DNA of 64,000 nt from contig JBOEGF010000022.1 of assembly GCA_050633305.1 (NCBI GenBank), positions 32,001 through 96,000 on the forward strand, given 5' to 3'. The first letter of the stretch is position 1; every line of letters begins with the position of its first letter. A program made the position numbers and the translations under genes. The notes under the pieces are model-generated. The model saw nothing but the letters and a program-made list of their open reading frames with translations. It was not told the origin of the DNA and ran no database searches. This stretch comes from Nannocystales bacterium (GTDB lineage: Bacteria > Myxococcota_A > Polyangia > Nannocystales > Nannocystaceae). Shown piece after piece: positions 37,963 to 46,799 of this stretch.

Positions 37963-38832
37963 GTGGTCACGACGGATGCCCAGCGGGTTCGCGGGTACCG
38001 AGTCCTCGCCCGGCTGCTTGAGGATGGGGCCGCGGGCGTCCCGGCCGAGATCGCGGCCGTGTTCGACGCATCCGCCGACCCTGGCGAGCTCCGCAGTCAG
38101 TACGTGGCCGCGTTCGATCTGGGCGTGCCCCCGTACGCGAGCGTGTTCCTGGAGTCGGACCGGTGTGTTGGTGGGCAGGTGACCGCCGCCTTGGCCGACC
38201 GCATGGAGACGGGCGCGGCGACAGGACCGGCCGCATGTCACCTTGCCGTGCAGCTCGAACACGTTGCGAGGCGGCTCGAGGCTGGGGACGGGGAGGAGGC
38301 GGTCGCGTTCCTTCGCGAAGCCTTGTTGGCGTGGCTGCCAGCCTTGGCTGTGGTCCTCGAAGACCAGCCGGTTCCCTTCTGGCGGACGGTGGTCTCCCAG
38401 GCCCTTGACCTCGCGGCTGACCATTCGAGGAAACCGGAGGCTTCGGCGGCGGGGATGAGGCCCGCGGTTGTGCCGCCTCCGCTTGGGGATGCGTCGGGCC
38501 TCTCGGACATCGCCGCATGGCTCGCCACCCCATCGGCGGTCGGCACGTTCATCTCCGACGCCGATGTCGTGGCAATCGGCCGAATCCTCCGCGTCCCACG
38601 GGGATTTGGGACTCGTGCCCAGCGTATCGAAACGCTGTTGCGTTCGGCAGCGGACTACGGCTGCGTGGCGAGCACGGCGGACGCTCTGGCCGACTTGCTG
38701 TCGCGACGGCGTCAGTCGTTGCTTGTGGTGGCCCAGACCCACGCTTTGGCGGAGTTGGTCGCCCCGTGGGTGGAGCGGCTGGGTGGAGGGCTCGGCGTAC
38801 TCCAGGCGCTTCGTGACGGATCGACTGACTGA
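37963..38832 (+). CDS. TorD/DmsD-like molybdoenzyme maturation chaperone
   Basis: PPYASVF, CHLAVQLE and FL.E.LL.W motifs, directly after the Mo subunit. Confidence 0.72.
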   Translation: MVTTDAQRVRGYRVLARLLEDGAAGVPAEIAAVFDASADPGELRSQYVAAFDLGVPPYASVFLESDRCVGGQVTAALADRMETGAATGPAACHLAVQLEHVARRLEAGDGEEAVAFLREALLAWLPALAVVLEDQPVPFWRTVVSQALDLAADHSRKPEASAAGMRPAVVPPPLGDASGLSDIAAWLATPSAVGTFISDADVVAIGRILRVPRGFGTRAQRIETLLRSAADYGCVASTADALADLLSRRRQSLLVVAQTHALAELVAPWVERLGGGLGVLQALRDGSTD

Positions 38833-38873
38833 CCAGGCCTGCGTCCGCCTGGACCTGGTGGTCGCCGCTGGGT

Positions 38874-39515
38874 TCAGGTCCAGTGGATCGCAAAGTCGAC
38901 CGAGGTCATCTCGAACCCCGCGCTGTCCGGCTCGCGCTTCGCCTCGCGGATCTCGGTGCGGACGTCTTTGGCTCCGTTGACGGTCATCACGTGTTGGACA
39001 AACGCGCTGGTGACGATTCGAAACCAAGGGACCATCAGGACTGGGATGCCGTGCATTCGGGTCGCGGTTCGGCCTGGGCTCCGCTGCACTGTATCGAGCG
39101 TGAGGAAGTCGAAGTACGAAATCGCGACGCCGGGCAGTCGTGATGCGACACGGTCCGGGTTGGCGAGCTGGACCAAGAGCCGCCGAACGAATCGAAGGTC
39201 TTTGTCGACTTGGTCCTTGGCCCGAGTCCGAACGAACTCCTCGAAGCCAACCCCCGCGACGTTTGCACAAGCGTGCCCCATCGCGATGAGGGGAAACACG
39301 TCATACCAGCCGCCCGCCAGGAACAAGGTCGAGAAGAAGGGGTGTCCTCGCAATGAGCGGAGCGCGTCGCCTTGGGCCTGGAGCCCGCCGGGGAGTCGCT
39401 CCCGGACGTATTGCTGGTGAAAGACGTAGCTGGTGCCGCGCACACGAAAGGGTGATTCGCCCGGGGCGGCCGAAACTCGTTCGTAGAAAGCCTCTGCATC
39501 TGAGGTTGCCGGCAT
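38874..39515 (-). CDS. Myxobacterial DUF2378/TIGR02265-like protein
   Basis: RVRG, FLAGGWYDVFP, LPGVAISYFDF and terminal FAIHW are typical of this family (family recalled from memory). Confidence 0.55.
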   Translation of the reverse strand: MPATSDAEAFYERVSAAPGESPFRVRGTSYVFHQQYVRERLPGGLQAQGDALRSLRGHPFFSTLFLAGGWYDVFPLIAMGHACANVAGVGFEEFVRTRAKDQVDKDLRFVRRLLVQLANPDRVASRLPGVAISYFDFLTLDTVQRSPGRTATRMHGIPVLMVPWFRIVTSAFVQHVMTVNGAKDVRTEIREAKREPDSAGFEMTSVDFAIHWT

Positions 39516-39584
39516 CGAGTCTCCCAACAGTAGCGAGAAGTCCCCGATGAGGAAAACCGAAGGGAAGCCGATGAGCGGGTCGTT

Positions 39585-40409
39585 TTAGTCCACGCACTGA
39601 AGAGGGGCGCGTGACGGAAGGACGACCGGCGGCTGCATCGACGCCCCCGGTTCGATTCGGGACTTGCACCCGAAGCTCATGATGCTCCCGCTGCATCGCC
39701 CCACAGCGCGGCCGAGCTCGGGCTGAACGAAACAGCTTCCGCCTGGATCGCACGTTCGAAGTCCGGGGCGGACGACCTCGAACCGTTCGAACATGCAGCT
39801 GCCCTGGCAATCGTTTCCGTCTGCGCAAAGGTTGCCGGCGTCGTTGGTGGAACAGTTGCAGCCCTCGACACTGGCCAGCCCTCGCACGTCCCACACCCCG
39901 TTGCAGGCCGTACACGCTCGAAGCGCCGCGTCTCGGGCGGTGTTGTCGATACGGAACTCGACCGGGTCTGTGTAGACGAGCCGCTCGCCCTCGCGCAGCG
40001 TCACGACCACGCTGCGAATGCCCGCTCGAAAGATCGGGGAGTCCTTCGTCCACAACGCGCCGGGGATCAACGTCGACTCCGCCGGCGTGAAGATCGTCGC
40101 GCCCTCGCCCTCGTGAACCCGCATTTCGACGAACTCCACGGATGAGGCCGTGCAGTTGCGAACGCTGAACGTCCCGGTCCCCGAGCAGTTTCGGTGTTCG
40201 TCCTCGCACCGCAAGTCGATCGGAGGGGCTGCCACAACCACTGCGTTCAACCCGTCGCAAGGATCGGGAGGTTCGCGCGGAGGTGCAGGGACTCGCTCGT
40301 CGAGCTGGCGTGCGGTGACCGGGGGCGGGGGGTCCTGGAGAGCCTCCATCTGCGGCGCGGATGGCCGGTGGCATCCAGCCACCGCCACGAACGCAAGGAA
40401 CCTACGCAT
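39585..40409 (-). CDS. Cys-rich lipoprotein, hypothetical
   Basis: MRRFLAFVAVAGC lipobox; Pro-rich linker; C-terminal CNGVW...CNC.T.DAG..C.D..DC.G.C module. Confidence 0.7.
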   Translation of the reverse strand: MRRFLAFVAVAGCHRPSAPQMEALQDPPPPVTARQLDERVPAPPREPPDPCDGLNAVVVAAPPIDLRCEDEHRNCSGTGTFSVRNCTASSVEFVEMRVHEGEGATIFTPAESTLIPGALWTKDSPIFRAGIRSVVVTLREGERLVYTDPVEFRIDNTARDAALRACTACNGVWDVRGLASVEGCNCSTNDAGNLCADGNDCQGSCMFERFEVVRPGLRTCDPGGSCFVQPELGRAVGRCSGSIMSFGCKSRIEPGASMQPPVVLPSRAPLQCVD

Positions 40410-40457
40410 ACCTGGGCTGACAACCCCGGTCCGCGTAGGTTCCACGGTCGGGCGAAC

Positions 40458-41153
40458 TCACGCGCCGAGAACCGCTTCGATCGCTTTTCCAAGCTCGGCG
40501 AAGTCCGCCGGCTCCACCGCGGAGTACTGCACCTTGTTGCGGCTGTCGGAGAACATCACGGTGCGGCTCTTGGTGATGTTGTAGTAGTCCTCCCAGGTGT
40601 CGTTGGCACCGCCGTCCTCGGGTGCGGGGACGACGATGGGGAAGTCGACACCGAGCTCGGCCTTGAGGGCTTTGGCCTTGGCCTTGGCGGCCTCGGGGTC
40701 CTTCGGCGTGATGGCCTTGCCGTCTTCGATGTCGGTGATCACTGCGAACGCCTTGACCTTGTCCGCGCCGTACTTTTTGACGATCGCGTCGAGGTCTTTG
40801 AGGTCCTTGCGGAACGCCTCGTCGTCGGCCGTGCCCACTGCCATGAGCTTGGGGTTGCTGCCGTAGCGGCAGACTTGGCAATACTCCTCGCCGTCGTCGC
40901 AGTTGAGGATCTGGAACGCGCTGAGCTTGCCGCCCACCCCCAACCCGCTGTCGGCGAGCACCCGGTTGTCGACGGCTTTGTTGGATGCCTGTTTTGCGGA
41001 CGCTTCGTCCGGTGTGCCCTTGGCGGCCGTTTCCTTCGCGCCTTCGCCACCCTTGGCCTTGGCTTGGGTGTCATCCTTCTTCGCGTCTGCGTCGTTGCCG
41101 TCGCAGGCCGGCAGAAGAAGGGCAGCGGCCAACATCACAGAGATCCTGCTCAT
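40458..41153 (-). CDS. Lipoprotein with thioredoxin-like fold (CQVC)
   Basis: ALLLPAC lipobox; K/A-rich linker; YCQVCRYG, AFAV, FPIVV and YNIT..RTV. Confidence 0.65.
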   Translation of the reverse strand: MSRISVMLAAALLLPACDGNDADAKKDDTQAKAKGGEGAKETAAKGTPDEASAKQASNKAVDNRVLADSGLGVGGKLSAFQILNCDDGEEYCQVCRYGSNPKLMAVGTADDEAFRKDLKDLDAIVKKYGADKVKAFAVITDIEDGKAITPKDPEAAKAKAKALKAELGVDFPIVVPAPEDGGANDTWEDYYNITKSRTVMFSDSRNKVQYSAVEPADFAELGKAIEAVLGA

Positions 41154-41214
41154 GGACGCCAGGATGACCCGGGCAGCCCCCACAGACCAGGCTCGGTGCT
41201 GTATCGTCCCGCCC

Positions 41215-42852
41215 ATGTCGTCCTTTCGGCGTGATTTCCTGACGCTCTCGGGATTGGCGACCGCATCCCTGCTGCTGCCTGGGCGGGCGTGGGCCATGCC
41301 CACCGGGGCTCGGAAGCCGGCGCCGGGGTCGCCTCCTCCCACTGCGGGTGGTGCCAACGGTGCGTTGACGCGCAGCCGGGTGCCTGCCGACCTGCCGATC
41401 GCCAAGAAGGCCATCGACGCAGCGATCGCCGCAGGGGCCAGCTACGCCGATGCTCGCCTGGTGCTCTATCGGACCGAGTCCATCGGGGTCCGTGATGACC
41501 ACGTGCAGGCGGTCTCGCACCATGAGGACTACGGCATCGGCGTACGTGTCATCGCAAACGGTGGGTGGGGCTTTGCGGCCGCGCCCCGGGTGGACGAGAA
41601 GACGGTGGTTGGACTCGCGAAGACGGCCGTCGATGCTGCCAAGCGCAGCGGGGCCCTGCTCAAGAGCCTGGGCCAAGCACCGGTCGAATGGGCGGCGGCT
41701 CCGGTCGCCACAGGTACGTGGGTATCGCCCTTCGAGGTCGACCCGTTCGAGGTCTCGCTCGCCGACAAGGCGGCGCTCCTGGTGGACGCGGCCAAGGCCG
41801 TGCTGAACAAGCCCGGGGTCGCCCATGCCTCGGCCGGGGTTTCGATCGTCGGAGAGGATCGTGGCTTCGTGAGCAGCGAGGGGGCCCAGGTCCACCAGAT
41901 CGCGTACCGACTTGCCCCGCGGCTCTCCGCCTCTGCGGTCAACCGCCGCTTGGGTCGCTTCGCCAGTCGCGACCTCGAAGTCGCGGGCATGCAGGCGGGG
42001 TGGGAGTACGTGCAGGGGCTCAATTTGGAAGGGCAGGCGGCCGACATCGGCCAAGACGCGCTGCGTAAGCTGCACGCGGCACCCGTCGAGCCCGGCACAC
42101 GAAACGTCATCCTGGCACCGAGCAACCTGTGGCTCACGATCCACGAGAGCATCGGACACCCGACCGAGCTCGATCGTGCGATGGGCCTCGAGGCCGACAT
42201 GGCAGGCACGAGCTTCTTGCGGCCCGAAGACGCGGGATCTCGGAAGATCGCGGCCAAGGGGGTCAACCTCGTCGCGGACCGAACCCAACCAGGCGGGCTC
42301 GCGACCACGGGCTGGGACGATGACGGGGTGCAGCCTGGACGGTGGGACATCGTCCGCGACGGCACGTTCGTCGGCTGGCAGACCACCCGCGATCAAGCGG
42401 GCTGGGCGGGGGAGACCAGCAGCCGCGGGTGCAGCTATGGCCAGCGCTACTCGGGGGTCGCGTTCCAGCGCATGCCCAACGTGAGCCTGCAGCCGGGTGC
42501 CGAGGGTTACACCACCGAAGACCTGATCGGCGCCACCGAAGACGGTGTACTCATCTCCGGACGCGGCAGCTGGTCCATCGATCAGCAGCGCTACAACTTC
42601 CAGTTCTCGGGACAGATGTTCTGGGAGGTCAAGCGCGGTCGCATCACCAGGCCGTTGCGCGATGTCGCGTACCAGGCCAACACCGTCGACTTCTGGAAGT
42701 CCTGCGACATGGTGGGCGGGGAGGGGACCTACCGCCTCGGCGGTACGTTCGGTGACGGAAAAGGGCAGCCCATGCAGTCCAACGCCGTCAGCCACGGCTG
42801 CCCGCCCGCGCGCTTCGAGGCCAACATTGTGAACACCGGAGGTGGCAAATGA
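41215..42852 (+). CDS. tldD: TldD metalloprotease with Tat signal
   Basis: MSSFRRDFL...AWA; ASYADAR, GIGVRV...WGFAA, IHESIGHPTELDR, RMPNVSL and KGQPMQ. Confidence 0.9.
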   Translation: MSSFRRDFLTLSGLATASLLLPGRAWAMPTGARKPAPGSPPPTAGGANGALTRSRVPADLPIAKKAIDAAIAAGASYADARLVLYRTESIGVRDDHVQAVSHHEDYGIGVRVIANGGWGFAAAPRVDEKTVVGLAKTAVDAAKRSGALLKSLGQAPVEWAAAPVATGTWVSPFEVDPFEVSLADKAALLVDAAKAVLNKPGVAHASAGVSIVGEDRGFVSSEGAQVHQIAYRLAPRLSASAVNRRLGRFASRDLEVAGMQAGWEYVQGLNLEGQAADIGQDALRKLHAAPVEPGTRNVILAPSNLWLTIHESIGHPTELDRAMGLEADMAGTSFLRPEDAGSRKIAAKGVNLVADRTQPGGLATTGWDDDGVQPGRWDIVRDGTFVGWQTTRDQAGWAGETSSRGCSYGQRYSGVAFQRMPNVSLQPGAEGYTTEDLIGATEDGVLISGRGSWSIDQQRYNFQFSGQMFWEVKRGRITRPLRDVAYQANTVDFWKSCDMVGGEGTYRLGGTFGDGKGQPMQSNAVSHGCPPARFEANIVNTGGGK

Positions 42853-44180
42853 GCCTTCGCGAGAATCAAGCCAAGACGATCATCAATCAGGCTCTGGGCC
42901 AGGCTTCGCTTGGAGACGTGCGCGTTTCGGTCCGTGCGGACAAAGGAGGCAACGCTCGCTGGGGTGCGTCGATGCCGACGACCAGCGGAGACATCGAGAC
43001 GTTGAACGTGTCGGTCACCGCTGTGACTCGTGAGCACCGCAAGGCCACCGCCAGTGGCAACGACACGTCGAAGGCTGGGCTGGCCAAGCTCGTGCAGCAA
43101 GCCGAAACGATGGCTGCGCTTGCGCCCGTCGACCCCGAGTTCATGCCCGCGCGGGGAAAGACGAGCTATCTGTCGTCTTCCGCGTTCGACCGCAAGGTGT
43201 CGACGATGAAGGCATCGGGCCGAAGCCCGATCGTCAAGGCGATCATCGGAGCGGGAAAGGGCCAGGGCTTGGAGATGTCCGGCATCCTCTCGCACCGCGA
43301 TCGGGCCATCGCGGCCGGCGACCGGGCTGGCTTGTTCGGGTATGCCCGCACGACACGGATGCTGGCCAGCACGACCGCACGCACCGCCGATGGGACGGGG
43401 AGCGCCAAGGCTGCGCGGGTCGGTTTTGCGGCGGACACCGTGGATGGCGCCGCACTGGCGTCCGAAGCCGCACTGTGGTCTCTGCGAAGCAAGGAACCCA
43501 CGGGGCTCGATCCCGGAGACTACACGGTCGTTCTCGCTCCACAGGCGGTCTCCGATCTTCTCGGCTTCCTGATCGGCGAGATGTCGCACCGCAAGGCGTT
43601 CGAGGGACGCAGCTTCTTCTCGGCCGGTGAGGGGGACACGAAGATCGGTCAGGCGTTGTTTGGTTCGGCGATCACGCTGAGCTCGGATCCGACCGACGCG
43701 AAGAATCCCGCTTCGATCATGACGGGGAGCGGCGACCCGCAGCCCAAGGTCACGTGGATCGAGGCCGGTGTGCTTCGAGCGCTGCGCTCGGGTCGCTATT
43801 GGTCGAGCAAGACCGGGGTCGCGGTTCGTCCCATGCCCTCCTCCCTTCACCTCGCCGGGGGTTCCGGGTCTTTGGATGACCTCATCGCGAAGGTCGACAA
43901 GGGCGTGTTGGTGAGTCGCTTTTGGTACAACCGGATGCTCCAGCCTCGCTCGATCCTGGCGACGGGGCTGACGCGGGACGGAACGTTTTGGATCGAAGAC
44001 GGCAAGATCGTCCGCCCGATCAAGAACATGCGCTACAACGACAGCCCGCTCACCCTGCTGACCAAGGCGTCGGCGATGGGTGCTTCGGTTCGCGCCGGTG
44101 GGACGTTTGATCGCACCGATGTGGTGCCGCCGATGATCGTGGACGGCTTCCACTTCGACAGCAGCTCCGACGCGGTGTAG
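42849..44180 (+). CDS. TldE/PmbA family partner
   Basis: PGDYTVVL.PQAV, TGLTRDGTFWIEDG and NMRYNDS; ATGA-coupled to tldD; no HExxGH. Confidence 0.88.
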   Translation: MSLRENQAKTIINQALGQASLGDVRVSVRADKGGNARWGASMPTTSGDIETLNVSVTAVTREHRKATASGNDTSKAGLAKLVQQAETMAALAPVDPEFMPARGKTSYLSSSAFDRKVSTMKASGRSPIVKAIIGAGKGQGLEMSGILSHRDRAIAAGDRAGLFGYARTTRMLASTTARTADGTGSAKAARVGFAADTVDGAALASEAALWSLRSKEPTGLDPGDYTVVLAPQAVSDLLGFLIGEMSHRKAFEGRSFFSAGEGDTKIGQALFGSAITLSSDPTDAKNPASIMTGSGDPQPKVTWIEAGVLRALRSGRYWSSKTGVAVRPMPSSLHLAGGSGSLDDLIAKVDKGVLVSRFWYNRMLQPRSILATGLTRDGTFWIEDGKIVRPIKNMRYNDSPLTLLTKASAMGASVRAGGTFDRTDVVPPMIVDGFHFDSSSDAV

Positions 44181-44198
44181 GACACCCTCCGACCGACT

Positions 44199-44522
44199 TT
44201 GGCCTTTTTGGTCCAAAGCACTCAAGACGTGGCCCACGCGGACGATGGCCCGGATGTGTCTCTCCCCGCCGCACTGCTCGAGTTCCCGGTCGTCGTCTCT
44301 GTCGATCAGCCTGCCGCCAACGATCGGCCAATGGTCGGGACTCCGATCGAGCGGCCGAACACGCTGTCGGTCTGGGACCTGTTCGAGGCGCTGCAAGACG
44401 CCGTCGACGAGTCCGGCGCAACGCCCTCGGAGACGGATGCGCTGGTGATGGCCGCCTACTTCGAGGTTCAGCAGTCGGTCGTTTCGGGGTCCGCCGAGGA
44501 CCGCGGCGACTGGCTGAGCTGA
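44199..44522 (+). CDS. Small acidic hypothetical protein
   Basis: 107-aa ORF filling the gap after the TldE gene with plausible composition; overlaps the end of the opposite-strand gene. Confidence 0.4.
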   Translation: MAFLVQSTQDVAHADDGPDVSLPAALLEFPVVVSVDQPAANDRPMVGTPIERPNTLSVWDLFEALQDAVDESGATPSETDALVMAAYFEVQQSVVSGSAEDRGDWLS

Positions 44523-45847
44523 GCGTAGGTGAGCGAGCCGATCTCCGCCTCCCGTGAGGCGTCGAGTTTTGCCCAGACCTCCCCAAGCCGATCGCTGCGG
44601 GGGTTTCGGGCGTGGTCGCGGTCGAACAACTCGATCACCTCAACGACGGTGATCTGGTCCAGCGGACGTCCGGGGACCCACAGCCGTCCGTCACCATCGG
44701 CTTCGAGGAGCAGCCCCGCCCGTTCGAGCCGCGTCAGCGACTCTTGAACGACATCGAGGCCGAGGCCGAAGCGCTCCGCGAGCACGTCTTCGCGCAGGCC
44801 GGCGTCGCGCCTGGAGAAGTGGTCGGCGATCGCGAGCATCAACCGCGCCGCGGTGCGTCCGGAGGGCTGCTGGATCGCCAGTCGATCCAGGACGTACCGG
44901 TTGAGATAGCCCATCAGTGCAATCGAGCGCTGGTGCTGCTTGACGTAGGCGATCTGGGCACCGAGCAGCACCACCATCCACGACAGGTACGACCAGACCA
45001 GCAGAATGGGGAGGATCGCGAGCGGGCCGTAGAGGCCTTCATAGGTGACCAGCGCAAACCGGGTCGCGTAGATGCCAAAGCCGAGTTTGGCGATCTCGAG
45101 CAGCGCGGCCGAGACGACCCCGCCTATGATCGCGCCGCCCCACTGCACCGCTGTATTGGGGAGAAAGCGGTTGAGCGCGATGAGCCCGAGCGTGCTGGTC
45201 AGCCAAGGAACACCCAGCGCAGAGTCGAGGCCGGGGACCAGCGGGTGGGCCACGCTGTAGAGGATCAGCAGCGGGCCCAACGTCGCCAGCGTGTAAAACA
45301 TCGTGAACTTGATCAGGACCGAACGACGTCGGTTGACCCGCCAGATGCGGTTGAACGTGCGCTCGAGCGTTTGAAACAGGACAAACGCGATGACCAGGGT
45401 GACGAGAAAACCCCACGCGCCGAGGTTGCCGATGGTGACGTTCTCGGCGAGGGCGAGGGCGCCTTCGGCCATCTCGTTGGCGCGGGCTCCCTCGGGGACC
45501 AGAGAACGGAAGAGATCGCTGAGCAGGCGTCGCCCCGATGTCTCGTCCATCAACCCGACGACGAGCAGCGCGGTGCCGATGATCGGGACCGCCGAGAGCA
45601 GCGTGTGCAAGGTGAGGATCGCTGCCATGCCGGCGCAGCGGTCTTCGACGAAGAACCTCCGCGAAACGTAGGCACCCAGCAGGTACAGGCGTCGCGATTC
45701 GCGGACCTCGAATTCAGGGGCGCGTGGGACGACCTGACCGCGCAAGGATTGGAAAGCGGCGACACTCACCCGCCACCACCGAGGTCCCGATGGTGGGGGG
45801 TCCTCCTGCGACACGGGCTGGGAGGCGGGCGTCGCCGGCTCGCTCAC
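44468..45847 (-). CDS. YihY/BrkB family membrane protein with C-terminal wHTH
   Basis: AAILT..TLLSAVP, ERTFNRIW, YEGLYG.LA..PI.LVW.YLSW.VVLLGA and an Rrf2-like C-terminal HTH. Confidence 0.88.
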   Translation of the reverse strand: MSEPATPASQPVSQEDPPPSGPRWWRVSVAAFQSLRGQVVPRAPEFEVRESRRLYLLGAYVSRRFFVEDRCAGMAAILTLHTLLSAVPIIGTALLVVGLMDETSGRRLLSDLFRSLVPEGARANEMAEGALALAENVTIGNLGAWGFLVTLVIAFVLFQTLERTFNRIWRVNRRRSVLIKFTMFYTLATLGPLLILYSVAHPLVPGLDSALGVPWLTSTLGLIALNRFLPNTAVQWGGAIIGGVVSAALLEIAKLGFGIYATRFALVTYEGLYGPLAILPILLVWSYLSWMVVLLGAQIAYVKQHQRSIALMGYLNRYVLDRLAIQQPSGRTAARLMLAIADHFSRRDAGLREDVLAERFGLGLDVVQESLTRLERAGLLLEADGDGRLWVPGRPLDQITVVEVIELFDRDHARNPRSDRLGEVWAKLDASREAEIGSLTYAQLSQSPRSSADPETTDC

Positions 45848-46605
45848 GCCTCTCCGCTGGCTCGCTGCGGGGGCTTCTTGGCGGCCTTGGGGCGGTTGGC
45901 TTTTTTCTGCGCCGCGATCGCGTCGCGAAGCGGCTCGGCAAGGGTCTCGAGCGCCTCGCGCAGATGCCCCAACGCCTTCTCGACGGGGACGACCTTGTCG
46001 TCGTCGAGGCCTTCGATCTCGGGAAGAATGTCGGCGAGCTTGCGTGCTGCGCCGAGGGCCTTTTGGATCGAGTCGAGCTCTTCGGCACCTTGTGGCTTGG
46101 GTCGAAGGATCGGGTCGAAGCGACGTCGCAACTCCGCAACGGACTGGCCTTCGTCAAAGACGGCGGTGCGTAGATCTTTGAGGACCTCGCGGGGGGCTGG
46201 CGGAGCCTCACCGGTGCTGGGCATGCGCTGCTCGGCCGGCTTGTTGGCGGCGTTGACCGCTTTGCCGAAGTAGTCGACAGCCTGCAGGCTCGGTACTTCT
46301 TTCTCCACGCCGTCCCAGCGAAGCACCGAAGGCGCGAGTCGCTTGAGGGTGGAGAACGACATCACCAACTTGTCGACGGTCCCCCGCCGGAGGTGAAGTT
46401 CTTGAGTGCAGTACGCATAGAACTCGTCGAACCCCCACGCTTCGTAGGACCCGCCGTCGCGGATCTGAACGAGGGTTTGGGCGAGTTCGACCCAGGAACG
46501 TTTGAAGGCCTGGGTGATGCGCAAGGCATCGAGTCTCAGGGGCTCTGCACCGCTCTGCTCGAGTCGTTCCAGCAGAGCCGCGATCTTCTCACTAGCTTGC
46601 GCCAC
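45844..46605 (-). CDS. Hypothetical helical protein
   Basis: FKRSWVELAQ.L..IR....YEAWGF..FYAYC..ELHLRR.TV.KL; coupled to the YihY gene; start estimated at GTG 46605. Confidence 0.7.
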   Translation of the reverse strand: MAQASEKIAALLERLEQSGAEPLRLDALRITQAFKRSWVELAQTLVQIRDGGSYEAWGFDEFYAYCTQELHLRRGTVDKLVMSFSTLKRLAPSVLRWDGVEKEVPSLQAVDYFGKAVNAANKPAEQRMPSTGEAPPAPREVLKDLRTAVFDEGQSVAELRRRFDPILRPKPQGAEELDSIQKALGAARKLADILPEIEGLDDDKVVPVEKALGHLREALETLAEPLRDAIAAQKKANRPKAAKKPPQRASGEA

Positions 46606-46799
46606 GGCCGCGTCATATAGCACCGGCTCGCCCGCGGTGGTACCTTGGCGTTGTGTCCGTGCCCGAAGGGCGGTCGAAGACTGCGTTGCGCGGCGCCGAC
46701 GTCTCTGCGCGGGCGGTTGCGCCCACCCTCCTCCCAGAGGGGCTCCCCGATGGGCTTCGACGCGGGCTTCCGGCTTCTGCGTCGGTTGGGCTCGCGCAC

